49,573 bases of DNA, taken from positions 1 through 49,573 of IMG/VR virus record IMGVR_UViG_3300031454_000007; one strand, written 5' to 3'. This DNA comes from a virus. Taxonomy: Duplodnaviria > Caudoviricetes. The position numbers and the translations under genes are program-made. Under the pieces are notes generated by a model that saw nothing but the letters and a program-made list of their open reading frames with translations, searched no databases and was not told the origin of the DNA. Each line of letters starts with the position of its first letter. Positions within the stretch are counted from its first letter, which is position 1. Below are positions 37,416 to 46,771 of the stretch, piece by piece.

Positions 37416-38487
37416 CCTCGTGGCTGTACCGACGCTCGAGGAGGTCGTCGAGGAGTGGAAGCAGTACCTGCCGGAGCGGTTTCCGCTCTCCAACGACGAC
37501 GCCTTTAGCACCTTTTTTACGTACCAGAAGCTGTCGGCGCAGGGCATTGTCGACACCCGCGCCTTTATCCGCGACCTCTATCCGCAAGGGTTTGGGAGCA
37601 CGGCGACCGGCAGCTGGCTCGATCTGCACGCCGCCGACCACGGGTTCGAGCGCATCCCCTCGCGCCATACCGAGGGCCTGGTGGACTTTATCGTCAGCGA
37701 GCCGCTGAGCGTCCCAGCGGGCTCGGTCGTCCAGACGCCCACCGACCCGACGGGCAACAGGTACCGCTTCGTAGTGGCGGAGACGACCCCTTGTCAGCCC
37801 CCACTGACACGGGTACCCGTGCGGGCGGAGTCGCCGGGGGCTGCTTATAACGTCGGCGCGGCGAGGATCACCACGCTGGTGACGCAGCTCGACGGCGTGG
37901 ACGGCGTGAGAAACTTTGCGCCCTGGATCAAGGTGCAGGGCGTCGACCGAGAGAGCGACGAGGGGCTCCGCCGCCGCCTGCTGCTGGTGTGGCCGGAATT
38001 AGGCTCGGGCTCGACCTATCACGCCTACGAAAGCTGGGCGCGCGACGTGCAGGGGGTCGTAAAAGTCTCGGTACTGGACCAGCATCCGCGCGGCCAAGGC
38101 ACCGTGGACGTCGTGATCGCGCCCTCTCTGGGACAACCGTCGAAAAACCTTATAGATGAGGTGCAGGCGGTCGTCACCGCGCGCAGGCCGATCACCTCCG
38201 ACGCGCTCGTGCGGGGGCCAGCCGTGCGACCCCTGAACCTCGACCTGACGGTGTACCTGCGAGGCCCCGACCTCGACGGACGACCCCTTTGGGTGTCACG
38301 CGCGCGGGCGGTTATGGAGGCGCTCGACATCAGCCAAACCTTTTTTCCGAGCACCGTCTCCGAAGTTCTGCACGACTTCCCGAACGTCAAGGGGGTGGGG
38401 ATCGGCTCTCCGCTCCAGCCCGTCGTGGTGCCGCCCGGCACGCTCATCGTTCCGGCAACCGTGACGGTCACGGTCGTCCCTTCCTAG
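37408..38487 (+). CDS. Baseplate J-like protein
   Basis: TATGSWLDLHA, G.D.ESDE.LR.R, YESWA..V.GV, PRGQGTVDV. Confidence 0.92.
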   Translation: MSDLVAVPTLEEVVEEWKQYLPERFPLSNDDAFSTFFTYQKLSAQGIVDTRAFIRDLYPQGFGSTATGSWLDLHAADHGFERIPSRHTEGLVDFIVSEPLSVPAGSVVQTPTDPTGNRYRFVVAETTPCQPPLTRVPVRAESPGAAYNVGAARITTLVTQLDGVDGVRNFAPWIKVQGVDRESDEGLRRRLLLVWPELGSGSTYHAYESWARDVQGVVKVSVLDQHPRGQGTVDVVIAPSLGQPSKNLIDEVQAVVTARRPITSDALVRGPAVRPLNLDLTVYLRGPDLDGRPLWVSRARAVMEALDISQTFFPSTVSEVLHDFPNVKGVGIGSPLQPVVVPPGTLIVPATVTVTVVPS

Positions 38488-38559
38488 ATGCCGGTCCTTG
38501 TTTTTGCGGTTTCTGAGCCTCGCCTGAGCGTGCGTCAAACCGCATGGAGGGGGTAGGCC

Positions 38560-40176
38560 GTGCCAGACGTTACTAGAACCATCGCCGTCAGCGCCGACGA
38601 TTACCATTCAAACGACGGCGGTATTTTCACCTCGAGTCTGGATTTCATAACCCTCAACGACGCCTCATCCACCGCGCTCAACTTTTGGGGAGCCTTTCGT
38701 TTTGCGACCCTGAGCATCCCCCGCAACGCAAAGATAGACAGCGCCGTCCTGACGCTGCGGCTCAACGAAGCGCCGTTGGCAGGTTCCACGATAGTAGCTG
38801 CGCTTGAGGCTGGGATTAACCCTGCGGCATCGACCATCGTCTCCGAAATGCGAGCGCGAGCGGTGACCATAGCGAAGACGAACTGGCCTTTTACTACCGC
38901 AAACGGTCTTGGTAACTACACCTCACCCGACTTCAAGGCGTCAGTGCAAGAGCAGGCCGACAAGGGCGATATATCGGCGGTTATCGTCACGCTGCGGCCC
39001 TCGGTTGTCTCTGCCGCGTTTGCTAACAACCGTCTGCGCTTTCAGTCGTTCGACAACACGCTCTCTGGCGCTGTCAAGCCGCAGCTCACTATCACCTGGA
39101 GCGAGCCGTCCTTTACTGGCAGCGGTTCAGCCACAGCACCAGGTCAGACCACGACAGGCACCGGCACATCGGATAACCCATCCACGACCGGCAGCGGTTC
39201 AGCCGCAGCACCAGACCAGACGGCCACTGGCGCGGGCAGCTCGGGCAACCCCTCGACGACTGGCAGCGGTTCAGCTGCAGCTCCGGGTCAGACCGCGACC
39301 GGCGCAGGCCAGACCGAGAGTGAGCCACCCTATACCGCCCAAGGCAACGCTGCGGCACCCGAGCAAACAGCCGACGGCGGGGGCTCGAGCGACAACCCCG
39401 CTGTCACTGGCGACAGCACCGTCCTCAACCCCGAGCCGACCGTCAGCGGGGCAGGCGTCACCTATCTGCCAGCCCCGCAGCTCGACGGGCCGCTCACCAT
39501 CAGCCCCCAGTCGGAGCTGGCAAACGCCGTCGCACGTCACATGCTCTCGCTGCTGCCGCCGGGGCGCAAACCTCGAGAGGGAGGTCATGCCTATTTTGTG
39601 GTGCTGGCTCTGTCCGCACTGCTCGCAGACACAAACGAGGCCGTTATCCAGATGGTCCTCGACTGGTCACCGACCCACACCCGGCGGGGTGACCTGCTCG
39701 CGCTGATCGGCGAGGCCAGGGGGATCAAGCGGAGCCGGGGCGAGCCCCTGGAGGCGTACCGCGCGCGCGTCGTGGGCGCTGCCGACTACTGGAGGTTGGG
39801 CGGCACGGTCGGGGGCGTAAAAACGGCGCTCGAGACCGCTGGCTACGGCGTCAAAATCACCGAACATTTCACGACCGACCGGATACGCTGGGCCGAGTTC
39901 TCTATCGAACTCTACCCAAGGGACAGCGGACTGACTGCCGACACTTGGGACGATAACGAGGGTTACTGGGACGACGGGACGCGCTGGGACTGGGGTATTT
40001 CAGCTGCCGAGGGCGAGCGTATCCGCGACATCATCCGCGAAATGAAAGCTGCCCACTCGAAGGTGCGCGCCGTGTTTTATCAGCATGGTGGCCCACTCGA
40101 CTACTGGGACGACGACCAGGGCTTTTGGGATGACGAGACGCTCTGGCACGGTTTCGACCCTATTCAGATTCTTTAG
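38560..40176 (+). CDS. Baseplate wedge gpI-like protein fused to an N-terminal beta-sandwich (DNRLRE-like) domain and a G/S/T repeat stalk
   Basis: C-terminal LIGEARGI.R..GEPLEAYRARV...GGT..GV..AL; N-terminal IP.NA.I.SA.L.L...P.L.I.W. Confidence 0.75.
   Translation: MPDVTRTIAVSADDYHSNDGGIFTSSLDFITLNDASSTALNFWGAFRFATLSIPRNAKIDSAVLTLRLNEAPLAGSTIVAALEAGINPAASTIVSEMRARAVTIAKTNWPFTTANGLGNYTSPDFKASVQEQADKGDISAVIVTLRPSVVSAAFANNRLRFQSFDNTLSGAVKPQLTITWSEPSFTGSGSATAPGQTTTGTGTSDNPSTTGSGSAAAPDQTATGAGSSGNPSTTGSGSAAAPGQTATGAGQTESEPPYTAQGNAAAPEQTADGGGSSDNPAVTGDSTVLNPEPTVSGAGVTYLPAPQLDGPLTISPQSELANAVARHMLSLLPPGRKPREGGHAYFVVLALSALLADTNEAVIQMVLDWSPTHTRRGDLLALIGEARGIKRSRGEPLEAYRARVVGAADYWRLGGTVGGVKTALETAGYGVKITEHFTTDRIRWAEFSIELYPRDSGLTADTWDDNEGYWDDGTRWDWGISAAEGERIRDIIREMKAAHSKVRAVFYQHGGPLDYWDDDQGFWDDETLWHGFDPIQIL
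39115..39460 (+). repeat. 72-nt (24-aa) coding tandem repeats TGSGSAxAPxQTxTGxGxSxNPxx
   Basis: Units at 39115, 39187 and 39259, then degenerate copies. Confidence 0.85.
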
Positions 40177-40184
40177 GAGGCTAC

Positions 40185-40847
40185 ATGCCAACCGACATTA
40201 AAGGCGTTAAACCAGCCAGCTTCGATCCCACCATTGTGGTCGTCGCGCCAGGCGATCCAAGACAATCCGAGGCCAGCGTGGCAGTCCCGGTTCGTAAGCT
40301 GTTGGGGCTAATTATGTGGGTCAACGAGGAGCTCAAAACGGCTGTGCGTACCCTAAACGAACACGGCCACAGCATTGCAACCGACGCCAAAGCCGGGTTT
40401 ATGTCACCTGGAGACAGGCAAAACATCACGGGCTTTATGGAGGCTCTCGGCTCGCACGCGCACGTTATTGCCACTACCCTCGCGCCGGGCTTCATGTCCA
40501 AAGACGACAAGATCAAGCTGAACGGCGTTGAGAAAGAGGCGCAAAAGGTCACTACAGCAAGAGCCTTAGAAGCGTTGGGGGTTAAGTTTGCCCGGCGGAC
40601 ACTTCCCGGCAGCAGCTTCGCCGCTAACGAGGTCAAGCAGTTCCGAATCGCACTGGACGGAGTGACTTTCGATGATTGCGTACTAGCATCGCAATATTCG
40701 TCCTCCATCGCCCAGTTCGGGATCATGTATCACGCAGCTGACGACGCTGTTGAGATGCTCGTCCGGAACTTTTCCTCTACCGCCAGCAGAGTGTTTCCGG
40801 CGACTGAAGTTACCTTAATGGTCCTAAAATTCCAGCCCACCCCTTGA
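40185..40847 (+). CDS. Short tail fibre-like protein
   Basis: Follows gpI; two HxH..AT....GFMS..D repeats typical of fibres. Confidence 0.65.
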   Translation: MPTDIKGVKPASFDPTIVVVAPGDPRQSEASVAVPVRKLLGLIMWVNEELKTAVRTLNEHGHSIATDAKAGFMSPGDRQNITGFMEALGSHAHVIATTLAPGFMSKDDKIKLNGVEKEAQKVTTARALEALGVKFARRTLPGSSFAANEVKQFRIALDGVTFDDCVLASQYSSSIAQFGIMYHAADDAVEMLVRNFSSTASRVFPATEVTLMVLKFQPTP

Positions 40848-40922
40848 CCCCCCTTTTCTTTGAATTAAAAGCAATTAATTCTCTGCCCCGCTTCCGAGCG
40901 AAGTTTTTTAGTGAGGTGAGAC

Positions 40923-41147
40923 GTGCTCGAACCAAACAACGAGCGAATTGTAGACAGCGTTTACGCAGCTATGAAAGGTGAGATTGAAGTGCCGCGCGGG
41001 ACGAGCTTTTACTTTCAGGCGCGCGGGTTTGCGCTGCTCGAGCCCTGGGATGAGGGCGACAAGATACGCCAGCGTTCGGTGCTTACCCACGGTCAAGCGC
41101 AGGTGTGGCCTATGCCAGCGGTAGGAGTTTTGTTAGGAGTGTCATGA
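40923..41147 (+). CDS. Hypothetical protein
   Basis: RBS GAGGTG. Confidence 0.55.
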   Translation: MLEPNNERIVDSVYAAMKGEIEVPRGTSFYFQARGFALLEPWDEGDKIRQRSVLTHGQAQVWPMPAVGVLLGVS

Positions 41148-41569
41148 TAGAACCTGAGCAGAATAGAGCCTTAGAAGCCCTAAACGCTGATTATCTAGGG
41201 CTTTTTACTGTCTACCTCACGGCTTTACAAAAGCGCCTGCCAGATTACAAGGTCATCGTCACCGAGACCGGGCGCACTAAAGAACGTCAAGAATTTCTAA
41301 AGGCGAAGGGCGCGTCTAAAACGATGCACTCTAATCACCTGCTCGGGAAAGCTGTGGACATCGCTCTACTTGATAACGCAACCGGACAAATCGATTGGTC
41401 TGACGATGCTTACAAAGCGGCCTACGCGCTGTGCGACCCGCGCCGGTATGGGCTTGTTAGTGGCGGGCAATTGTGGGATGGTTTTGACTATCCACACTTA
41501 GAAGTGCTAGACGAGCAAGCAAAGTACCCCGCCCTTGTAGGCAGTCCTGAAGATGTTTGGTTAACCTAG
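41144..41569 (+). CDS. Endolysin, M15-family peptidase (L-Ala-D-Glu type)
   Basis: GRT.ERQ, SNH..GKAVD, D.PHLE zinc motifs; RBS AGGAG. Confidence 0.88.
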   Translation: MIEPEQNRALEALNADYLGLFTVYLTALQKRLPDYKVIVTETGRTKERQEFLKAKGASKTMHSNHLLGKAVDIALLDNATGQIDWSDDAYKAAYALCDPRRYGLVSGGQLWDGFDYPHLEVLDEQAKYPALVGSPEDVWLT

Positions 41570-41585
41570 CCATTTTGGAGGCACC

Positions 41586-41786
41586 ATGTCGAAACAGTAC
41601 GCCACTCTCATCACAACACTCTCTGAAGATCGCGGGGAGCGGGTAAAACAGCTGGCTAGGTACGGTGCTGAAGGTTGGCAACTGGCTAGCGAGATGCGCG
41701 ACGCAGAAGGTAACAGAGAAGGTACATTTCAGCGAGTAATGGCTGAAGAGAACATCTTTACCGGCTCGAGGGGGCGGAGGGAATGA
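41586..41786 (+). CDS. Small DUF4177-like protein
   Basis: L..YGAEGWQL...FQR. Confidence 0.6.
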   Translation: MSKQYATLITTLSEDRGERVKQLARYGAEGWQLASEMRDAEGNREGTFQRVMAEENIFTGSRGRRE

Positions 41787-41965
41787 AAGAACTCACTGAA
41801 ACTGAAAAACAAAGGGAACTAGAGGTAGCACGCCAAGGTAAGCGAGGTGTGTTCGCACAGATGGCTGCAAAACATGGACAACTTCTCGAGCCTGCCCCTA
41901 AAGAGGTGGAGGACGCCCGACTTGAGGCGTTTCTCGGTGGGGGAGCGAGGTTTGACGACGACTAG
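41783..41965 (+). CDS. Hypothetical protein
   Basis: RBS GGAGG, coupling. Confidence 0.5.
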   Translation: MKELTETEKQRELEVARQGKRGVFAQMAAKHGQLLEPAPKEVEDARLEAFLGGGARFDDD

Positions 41966-41996
41966 TTAAGACATTCTAAATACTTTGGAGGTACTT

Positions 41997-42371
41997 ATGA
42001 AAGATAGCATCGTTGATAAAGAGCCGGTACGCCTGGCAGCGCTCGTGCGGTCGCTCATCCTCATCGGGTCAACTTTCGGCCTGCTAGGTCTCAGTAAAGA
42101 GGATGCCACGTTTCTTGGGGCACAGATAGATGTGCTGATACCCGTGCTGCTACCTGTCCTCATCGCCATCGTGGAATGGGCATCAGCCCACTGGGTACGG
42201 GCTCGAGTTTCAAGCCCTGCTACAGCGGAGACCCTAGCCAACGCTGTCAAAACGGTCGAGAACGCGCGAGGCAGAGGCGCACCTGTGAAGGTGCCGTTAG
42301 CTGCGGTAAGAGCCGCCGAGCGTGTACTAGGCGAACCTGAGCATCCTGTGCGCTGGATCGGTGACCCGTGA
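41997..42371 (+). CDS. Putative holin
   Basis: Two TM segments, EPV...WVRARVS.P; near the endolysin. Confidence 0.6.
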   Translation: MKDSIVDKEPVRLAALVRSLILIGSTFGLLGLSKEDATFLGAQIDVLIPVLLPVLIAIVEWASAHWVRARVSSPATAETLANAVKTVENARGRGAPVKVPLAAVRAAERVLGEPEHPVRWIGDP

Positions 42372-42673
42372 ACCGCCTGAAGCTTGTGATGGTGCTCGTG
42401 GGGCTGGTGGTGGCTGTGGTCGCTGTGGTGCTGTTGTGGCTAGCTTTCAAGGAATGGGGCGCGAAAGCACCTGTAGCCATCTTAGCGACGATTCTAGGGG
42501 GTGCTGGGGCTGTCACGGGCATGACTAAAATAACCCGCGACAAAGGACGCGCTATTCGCCCCGACATGGGTGGACGCGGCACCGTAGAAGTCACGGTAAC
42601 TAAACCTGACGGCACGAAAGTAAAAAAGACGAGAAAGACACGTCCCAACAGACCGGGATCGGGAAACTTTTAG
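42368..42673 (+). CDS. Two-TM membrane protein with a basic tail
   Basis: Hydrophobicity pattern. Confidence 0.6.
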   Translation: MNRLKLVMVLVGLVVAVVAVVLLWLAFKEWGAKAPVAILATILGGAGAVTGMTKITRDKGRAIRPDMGGRGTVEVTVTKPDGTKVKKTRKTRPNRPGSGNF

Positions 42674-42682
42674 GAGACCAAC

Positions 42683-43021
42683 ATGCTTAAAAAACTGTTG
42701 CTAGTCGCGGCGCTCATGACGAGCGCTTTTTCTTTTGCTCAGATACCGCTTGATTTTGAGCTGGGCAATACTTACGTGCTCGGCGGTGAGCAGTACCCAT
42801 ACGCTTTGGGCCGCGCGAACATCGTAATTGGGCCAGAGATTCTTTCTTCAACCGTTTTCTTGCTGCCTGAAGTCGGCGTCTTTTTTAGAGACGAAACATC
42901 TTACTGGCTGCGGACGCAATTGCTTTTGGACGGACCTAGCAACACGCTTTTTATCGACGCGCAAACCTCGCCACTACTCGGTACGCAGGCGCGCGTCGGC
43001 ATCCGCTTTTCACTTTTTTAA
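42683..43021 (+). CDS. Secreted beta-strand protein, possibly outer-membrane
   Basis: Signal peptide MLKKLLLVAALMTSAFSFA; C-terminal RVGIRFSLF. Confidence 0.65.
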   Translation: MLKKLLLVAALMTSAFSFAQIPLDFELGNTYVLGGEQYPYALGRANIVIGPEILSSTVFLLPEVGVFFRDETSYWLRTQLLLDGPSNTLFIDAQTSPLLGTQARVGIRFSLF

Positions 43022-43082
43022 TGGACACCCATCACCGCAAACGAACCCCAGACCGCGAATGACGCCGACACAAGGGGGCAGC

Positions 43083-43316
43083 ATGGCAGACGATAACGAC
43101 ACACAAAGAGAAACTCATGAAGAGGTATTCGGCCCTAAGCACGCTCCCGAGCGTGGCCTCGTGCATCGAACGGGCAAGGTAGAAAAAGATATTGCGCCTC
43201 TCGTGGGCTTCTTTAGGGGTGCTTTATGGCCGCTGAGAATCATCGGCTTAGGACTCGTGTCGGCGTTTACAGGCGCGATAGTGAACCTCATTCGCATGTG
43301 GTTAGGAGGCAAGTAA
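43083..43316 (+). CDS. Small protein with a C-terminal TM helix (holin-like)
   Basis: RBS AGGGGG; C-terminal hydrophobic helix. Confidence 0.55.
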   Translation: MADDNDTQRETHEEVFGPKHAPERGLVHRTGKVEKDIAPLVGFFRGALWPLRIIGLGLVSAFTGAIVNLIRMWLGGK

Positions 43317-43855
43317 TGACAGAGGCACAGGCACTTACCGACCTGGAGAGGGAGTCACGGTTAAGCGTCCGGCAGGTCGTCTCGTTTATCGTAGCGTTAG
43401 CTGTCGCAGCAGCGCTCTTTGTTATTGGCCTCAGCTTAGCGCTACCCTACACACCCACAACGATGGACCTGTACAAAATCCTACCGGACGTCGTCTGTCC
43501 CGGCCATGAAACAGAGGTGCAAACGGGGTTCAACGTAGCGAAACCACCGATGGGGGAAGTGAGGGGTTTCTCGGCACAATCGACCTGGCTTAAAAAAGGC
43601 GCACCTGACCGGATAACCTTGCCAAGCGCGCCGTTCCCGTTCGACGGTGTTTACGGCTACCACAAGCAGGTAAGTCCCATAAAGCGTTTTGCGCCCAACG
43701 ACCCCGGCGTGTGGTACCTCGAGACCACTCTTACAACTCACGGCAAACAAGCGTTTCACCTCGCTAAAGACACCGCGACGGGCATCCGGTCGAACCCTGT
43801 AACTGTCCTGCCGTTTTCCGATCCGCGCTGTCAGGCGACCGCTTACCGTGGTTGA
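43316..43855 (+). CDS. Single-TM protein with an extracytoplasmic two-Cys domain
   Basis: RBS AGGAGG; TAATG coupling. Confidence 0.6.
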   Translation: MTEAQALTDLERESRLSVRQVVSFIVALAVAAALFVIGLSLALPYTPTTMDLYKILPDVVCPGHETEVQTGFNVAKPPMGEVRGFSAQSTWLKKGAPDRITLPSAPFPFDGVYGYHKQVSPIKRFAPNDPGVWYLETTLTTHGKQAFHLAKDTATGIRSNPVTVLPFSDPRCQATAYRG

Positions 43856-44183
43856 GGCACTAGCAAATGCCGCAGGGCTGGCGGGGCTACTCATGTTCAT
43901 CCTGGGCACTTTTTTTCTGTACGCGTCGTTCGGGCGGCAAGCGGAGCGACCTAGGATATCAGCATCTTTAGGTCTGATGATGATGTCAGCTGGCGTCAAT
44001 TTCACCCTCATTTACTACACAGGCGGGGTTAGTGCCTACCTTCAAAACGGCGGGTCTAGGGCGGTGGGTCAAGTAGCCCTATGGACACGCGGATTTGCAG
44101 CTTTTTTTGCGCTCATCCTCATCATCGACTCGCTACGGATATGGAGGCGGATGCGCCTCAAAAACGGAGGAAAGGATGCTTAA
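43848..44183 (+). CDS. Three-TM membrane protein
   Basis: Hydrophobicity pattern. Confidence 0.6.
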   Translation: MVEALANAAGLAGLLMFILGTFFLYASFGRQAERPRISASLGLMMMSAGVNFTLIYYTGGVSAYLQNGGSRAVGQVALWTRGFAAFFALILIIDSLRIWRRMRLKNGGKDA

Positions 44184-44802
44184 AATTACCCTGCTGGCCC
44201 TAATCCTCGTGCTGACGCTCGCAAGCGCGCAGACCGTTCCGTTTGAGCCGGGTGAATCTTTGCCCGCTGGTGACTACAAAATAGACCGGATTATTGACGG
44301 GGACGGTTTGGTGGTCACACTAGACGGTGTGCAGCGCAGTGTGCGCCTGATCGGAATTGATGCTAGAGAACTTCGCCCACTTGAGCCGTTCGCTAAGGAA
44401 GCCAAACAATTCCTAGCCGATCTACTCACCGGCCAAACAGTGACAATCATTCCCGGCACAGAACCCGTGGACCGTTTCGGTAGGGCACTCGGGTACGTCT
44501 CACTACAAGGCCGTGACGTGGCGCTCACGGTGGCATCTCAAGGCTTTGCCGACCAAATGACGCTCGAGCCTAACAGCCAGTTTAAGGCGCTCTATAAGGC
44601 TGCTGTAGCGGGCGCTCAGGCAGCCCGGAAGGGCATGTGGCAAGGCGAGCCCTATAGCACCCGGAAGTGGCGGTGCAATGACTTTCAGACGCAAGCGGCG
44701 GCGCAGAGTTTCTTCGACGGGGCAAAGACCGAGGAAAGCCGAGATGCCTATAGGTTAGATCGTGATGGCGACACGGTTGCCTGCGAGAGTTTGCCCAACT
44801 AA
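44176..44802 (+). CDS. Secreted thermonuclease (SNase-like) with a C-terminal Excalibur Ca-binding domain
   Basis: Signal peptide; IIDGD, VRLIGIDARE, DRFGRALGYV, A.AARKGMW; CNDF.TQ..AQ...LDRDGD.VACE. Confidence 0.9.
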   Translation: MLKITLLALILVLTLASAQTVPFEPGESLPAGDYKIDRIIDGDGLVVTLDGVQRSVRLIGIDARELRPLEPFAKEAKQFLADLLTGQTVTIIPGTEPVDRFGRALGYVSLQGRDVALTVASQGFADQMTLEPNSQFKALYKAAVAGAQAARKGMWQGEPYSTRKWRCNDFQTQAAAQSFFDGAKTEESRDAYRLDRDGDTVACESLPN

Positions 44803-44891
44803 GGTGGTCGGCGACAAAGCCCCTTTTGCCACTTCGTAATCGGAATAAATGCGACGGGGACGCACGGAAGTGGGGTCGGCGAAGGGGCGAT

Positions 44892-44917
44892 AAAAACCCC
44901 GCTACCACAGCGGGGCT
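44892..44917 (-). terminator. Terminator for the leftward early genes
   Basis: Minus strand CCCCGCT-GTGGT-AGCGGGG-TTTTT. Confidence 0.7.
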
Positions 44918-44930
44918 ACAGTCGATTACC

Positions 44931-45176
44931 TCAATCCCCTGCAAAAACCCATCTAAAAAATGACACGAAGGGGTTGGGAGAAACGGGTTTGGGGAGATAT
45001 TCGGGCCTTATCTCACCACCGGCCTCGAGCCTTTTTATCTCAGCCTCACATTTCGCCCAGCGCTTTTGCAGCTCCCCTGTGTTAAGTGATATAGGGATAG
45101 AGTAGACAAGTTGGTGGGTCTCTTCGTCCCTAACTTCGAGGCAAAAACTTTCCTCGTTATTAACCACATAGTACAT
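44931..45176 (-). CDS. Hypothetical protein
   Basis: RBS GAGGAGG. Confidence 0.6.
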   Translation of the reverse strand: MYYVVNNEESFCLEVRDEETHQLVYSIPISLNTGELQKRWAKCEAEIKRLEAGGEIRPEYLPKPVSPNPFVSFFRWVFAGD

Positions 45177-45257
45177 ATTTACCCTCCTCTAATTTCAGCG
45201 CCCTCGGCCTCGACTTGGTCGTGGAGCCACGCCGCCACAGCCTCACGAATAGCAGCG

Positions 45258-46019
45258 TTACGGCTGAGGGTTGGGGTCAAGCACGTCATAAAGCCCCCGT
45301 CGCACCCGCACAAGGCGGCCATCCTTGACGGCTTCACTGGCCCACTGCGCCGCTTTACTGTTGTCACCGTCGTAGAGGGCCGTGGCTAGCTCGGAGACTG
45401 TCGCGGGCCATTTGGCGACGCGCGTCAGGTGGTCGTTTATCCGGCGGTGGTGCTGCTCGAGGCCGTATTCACGCTTGGCGTAACCCGCCAGCGTGCGGTG
45501 GTTCCAACCGTGCTCCCGGGCGAGACTGCTGTAAGTCTCGCCATTTGAGAGCTGCCGCAGTAACCAGTTTCTGGAGAGGTAAAGCGGCAGGCCGCGCTGC
45601 CTGAGTTCGGCTTCGGTCCAGACCTTACCCTCAGCCTTAGCGCGCCGGACGATGACCCGGAGGGCATGGCCGGTTGGCGCAGGCGATGAGCGGGCGCGCA
45701 GATCGCCTGCCAGTGCAGTTGTTAAGAGTTCTTCGATGAGGGCACTCCGACTCTTATTATTACCACGCTCCCTGTCCAAGCGCTCGACCATATCCGTCGT
45801 CAAAAACAGCCCCACGGAGCGATAGTTATCGTGAAGACGACGGTTAACGGGGAGGTCGCTAGCCATCAAACCCGTCACGTCAAATTTTCGCAACCGTGAG
45901 GCGTTTTGCACGACCGACGTTTTGCTGATGCCTAATTCGCGGGCTACCGCATCGGCGTTACCACCAAGGCGCTTATAAGCCTCGACAAAAACGGCGCGCT
46001 TATTGTTCTTTCGGCCCAC
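45258..46019 (-). CDS. Multi-domain DNA-binding protein (HTH/RHH-like segments)
   Basis: AVARELGISKTSV, SRSALIEELL, TYSSLAREHGWN, wHTH-like C-terminus (RVRRGLY). Confidence 0.7.
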   Translation of the reverse strand: MGRKNNKRAVFVEAYKRLGGNADAVARELGISKTSVVQNASRLRKFDVTGLMASDLPVNRRLHDNYRSVGLFLTTDMVERLDRERGNNKSRSALIEELLTTALAGDLRARSSPAPTGHALRVIVRRAKAEGKVWTEAELRQRGLPLYLSRNWLLRQLSNGETYSSLAREHGWNHRTLAGYAKREYGLEQHHRRINDHLTRVAKWPATVSELATALYDGDNSKAAQWASEAVKDGRLVRVRRGLYDVLDPNPQP

Positions 46020-46392
46020 GCTCGAGCCTCTCAGCCAGCGCGTACAGCTCAGCCAGTTCTAAAGCCCGGACGCGGTCGGCTAGCTCGGACTCACCGGCAT
46101 CAGCGACACTCATCCACAGATTTGGGATGCTGGTGGCGTCGTAGACGATGCCGTGGAGGGCCGTGCGGAGGGCGGTCCAGTCGGACTCGCTAAAGTCCAG
46201 ACGCGGCGCGGCGCGGTCTATGAGATCGTAATAACGGTTGAGAGAGCGTTCTATTTCGGCGCTGCGACCATGTTTGGGGGCTTCGCGCTCTTTGATACGA
46301 GCCTCGAGCCGGTCGGACAGGTTGATCTGATAGCGTCCGAAGCCGTCCTTGCGGCGACGAGCCTCATTTGCTGCGGCAGTGCGTGATACCAT
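46000..46392 (-). CDS. RHH-like regulator
   Basis: RBS AGGAGGAG; RYQINL...RSAEIERSL.RYY.L. Confidence 0.65.
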   Translation of the reverse strand: MVSRTAAANEARRRKDGFGRYQINLSDRLEARIKEREAPKHGRSAEIERSLNRYYDLIDRAAPRLDFSESDWTALRTALHGIVYDATSIPNLWMSVADAGESELADRVRALELAELYALAERLERGPKEQ

Positions 46393-46455
46393 TGTCTCCT
46401 CCTAGAGAGACACGCTCGACCCGATCTCTACTTCGGGGCCGAGCGTGGTTTTTAG

Positions 46456-46659
46456 CTAGAGGTCGCCGTAAAGAGCTTTTTCAACTTTGTACGAACGGAT
46501 GACGCGGCGGTAAGCAGGGGTGCCGGGGTCGTAGCTGTAGCTGTTGATGTCGTTGTCGACCTCGGAGCGAAAGGTGGTGGCCTCGGCGCGGGTGTCAAAT
46601 GCTTTGACGTCAAGCTCGTTGGCGAATCCGCGGGGGCTATACACAACGTAGTATTTCAT
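46456..46659 (-). CDS. Hypothetical early protein
   Basis: RBS AGGAG; consensus-like promoter upstream. Confidence 0.65.
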   Translation of the reverse strand: MKYYVVYSPRGFANELDVKAFDTRAEATTFRSEVDNDINSYSYDPGTPAYRRVIRSYKVEKALYGDL

Positions 46660-46719
46660 TTCGGTCTCCTAGAGGCTCAGCGTTTTGGTTAGGGTCTCTA
46701 CTCCCTCGCTGATAAAACA

Positions 46720-46758
46720 ATAATACACCCTATTGCCGCCATTGTCAATAGGGTGTAT
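46720..46758 (-). promoter_or_regulatory. Promoter TTGACA-17-TATTAT overlapped by a 13-bp inverted repeat ATACACCCTATTG-N10-CAATAGGGTGTAT
   Basis: Read directly. Confidence 0.7.
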
Positions 46759-46771
46759 GAATGTGAGCTAT

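Noticed and set aside
33608-39460. CRISPR array suggested by periodic repeats
   Set aside because: The repeats are in-frame, degenerate coding units without unique spacers; no cas genes
19271-40847. Stand-alone contractile injection system or tailocin
   Set aside because: Terminase, portal and capsid genes are present and apparently intact
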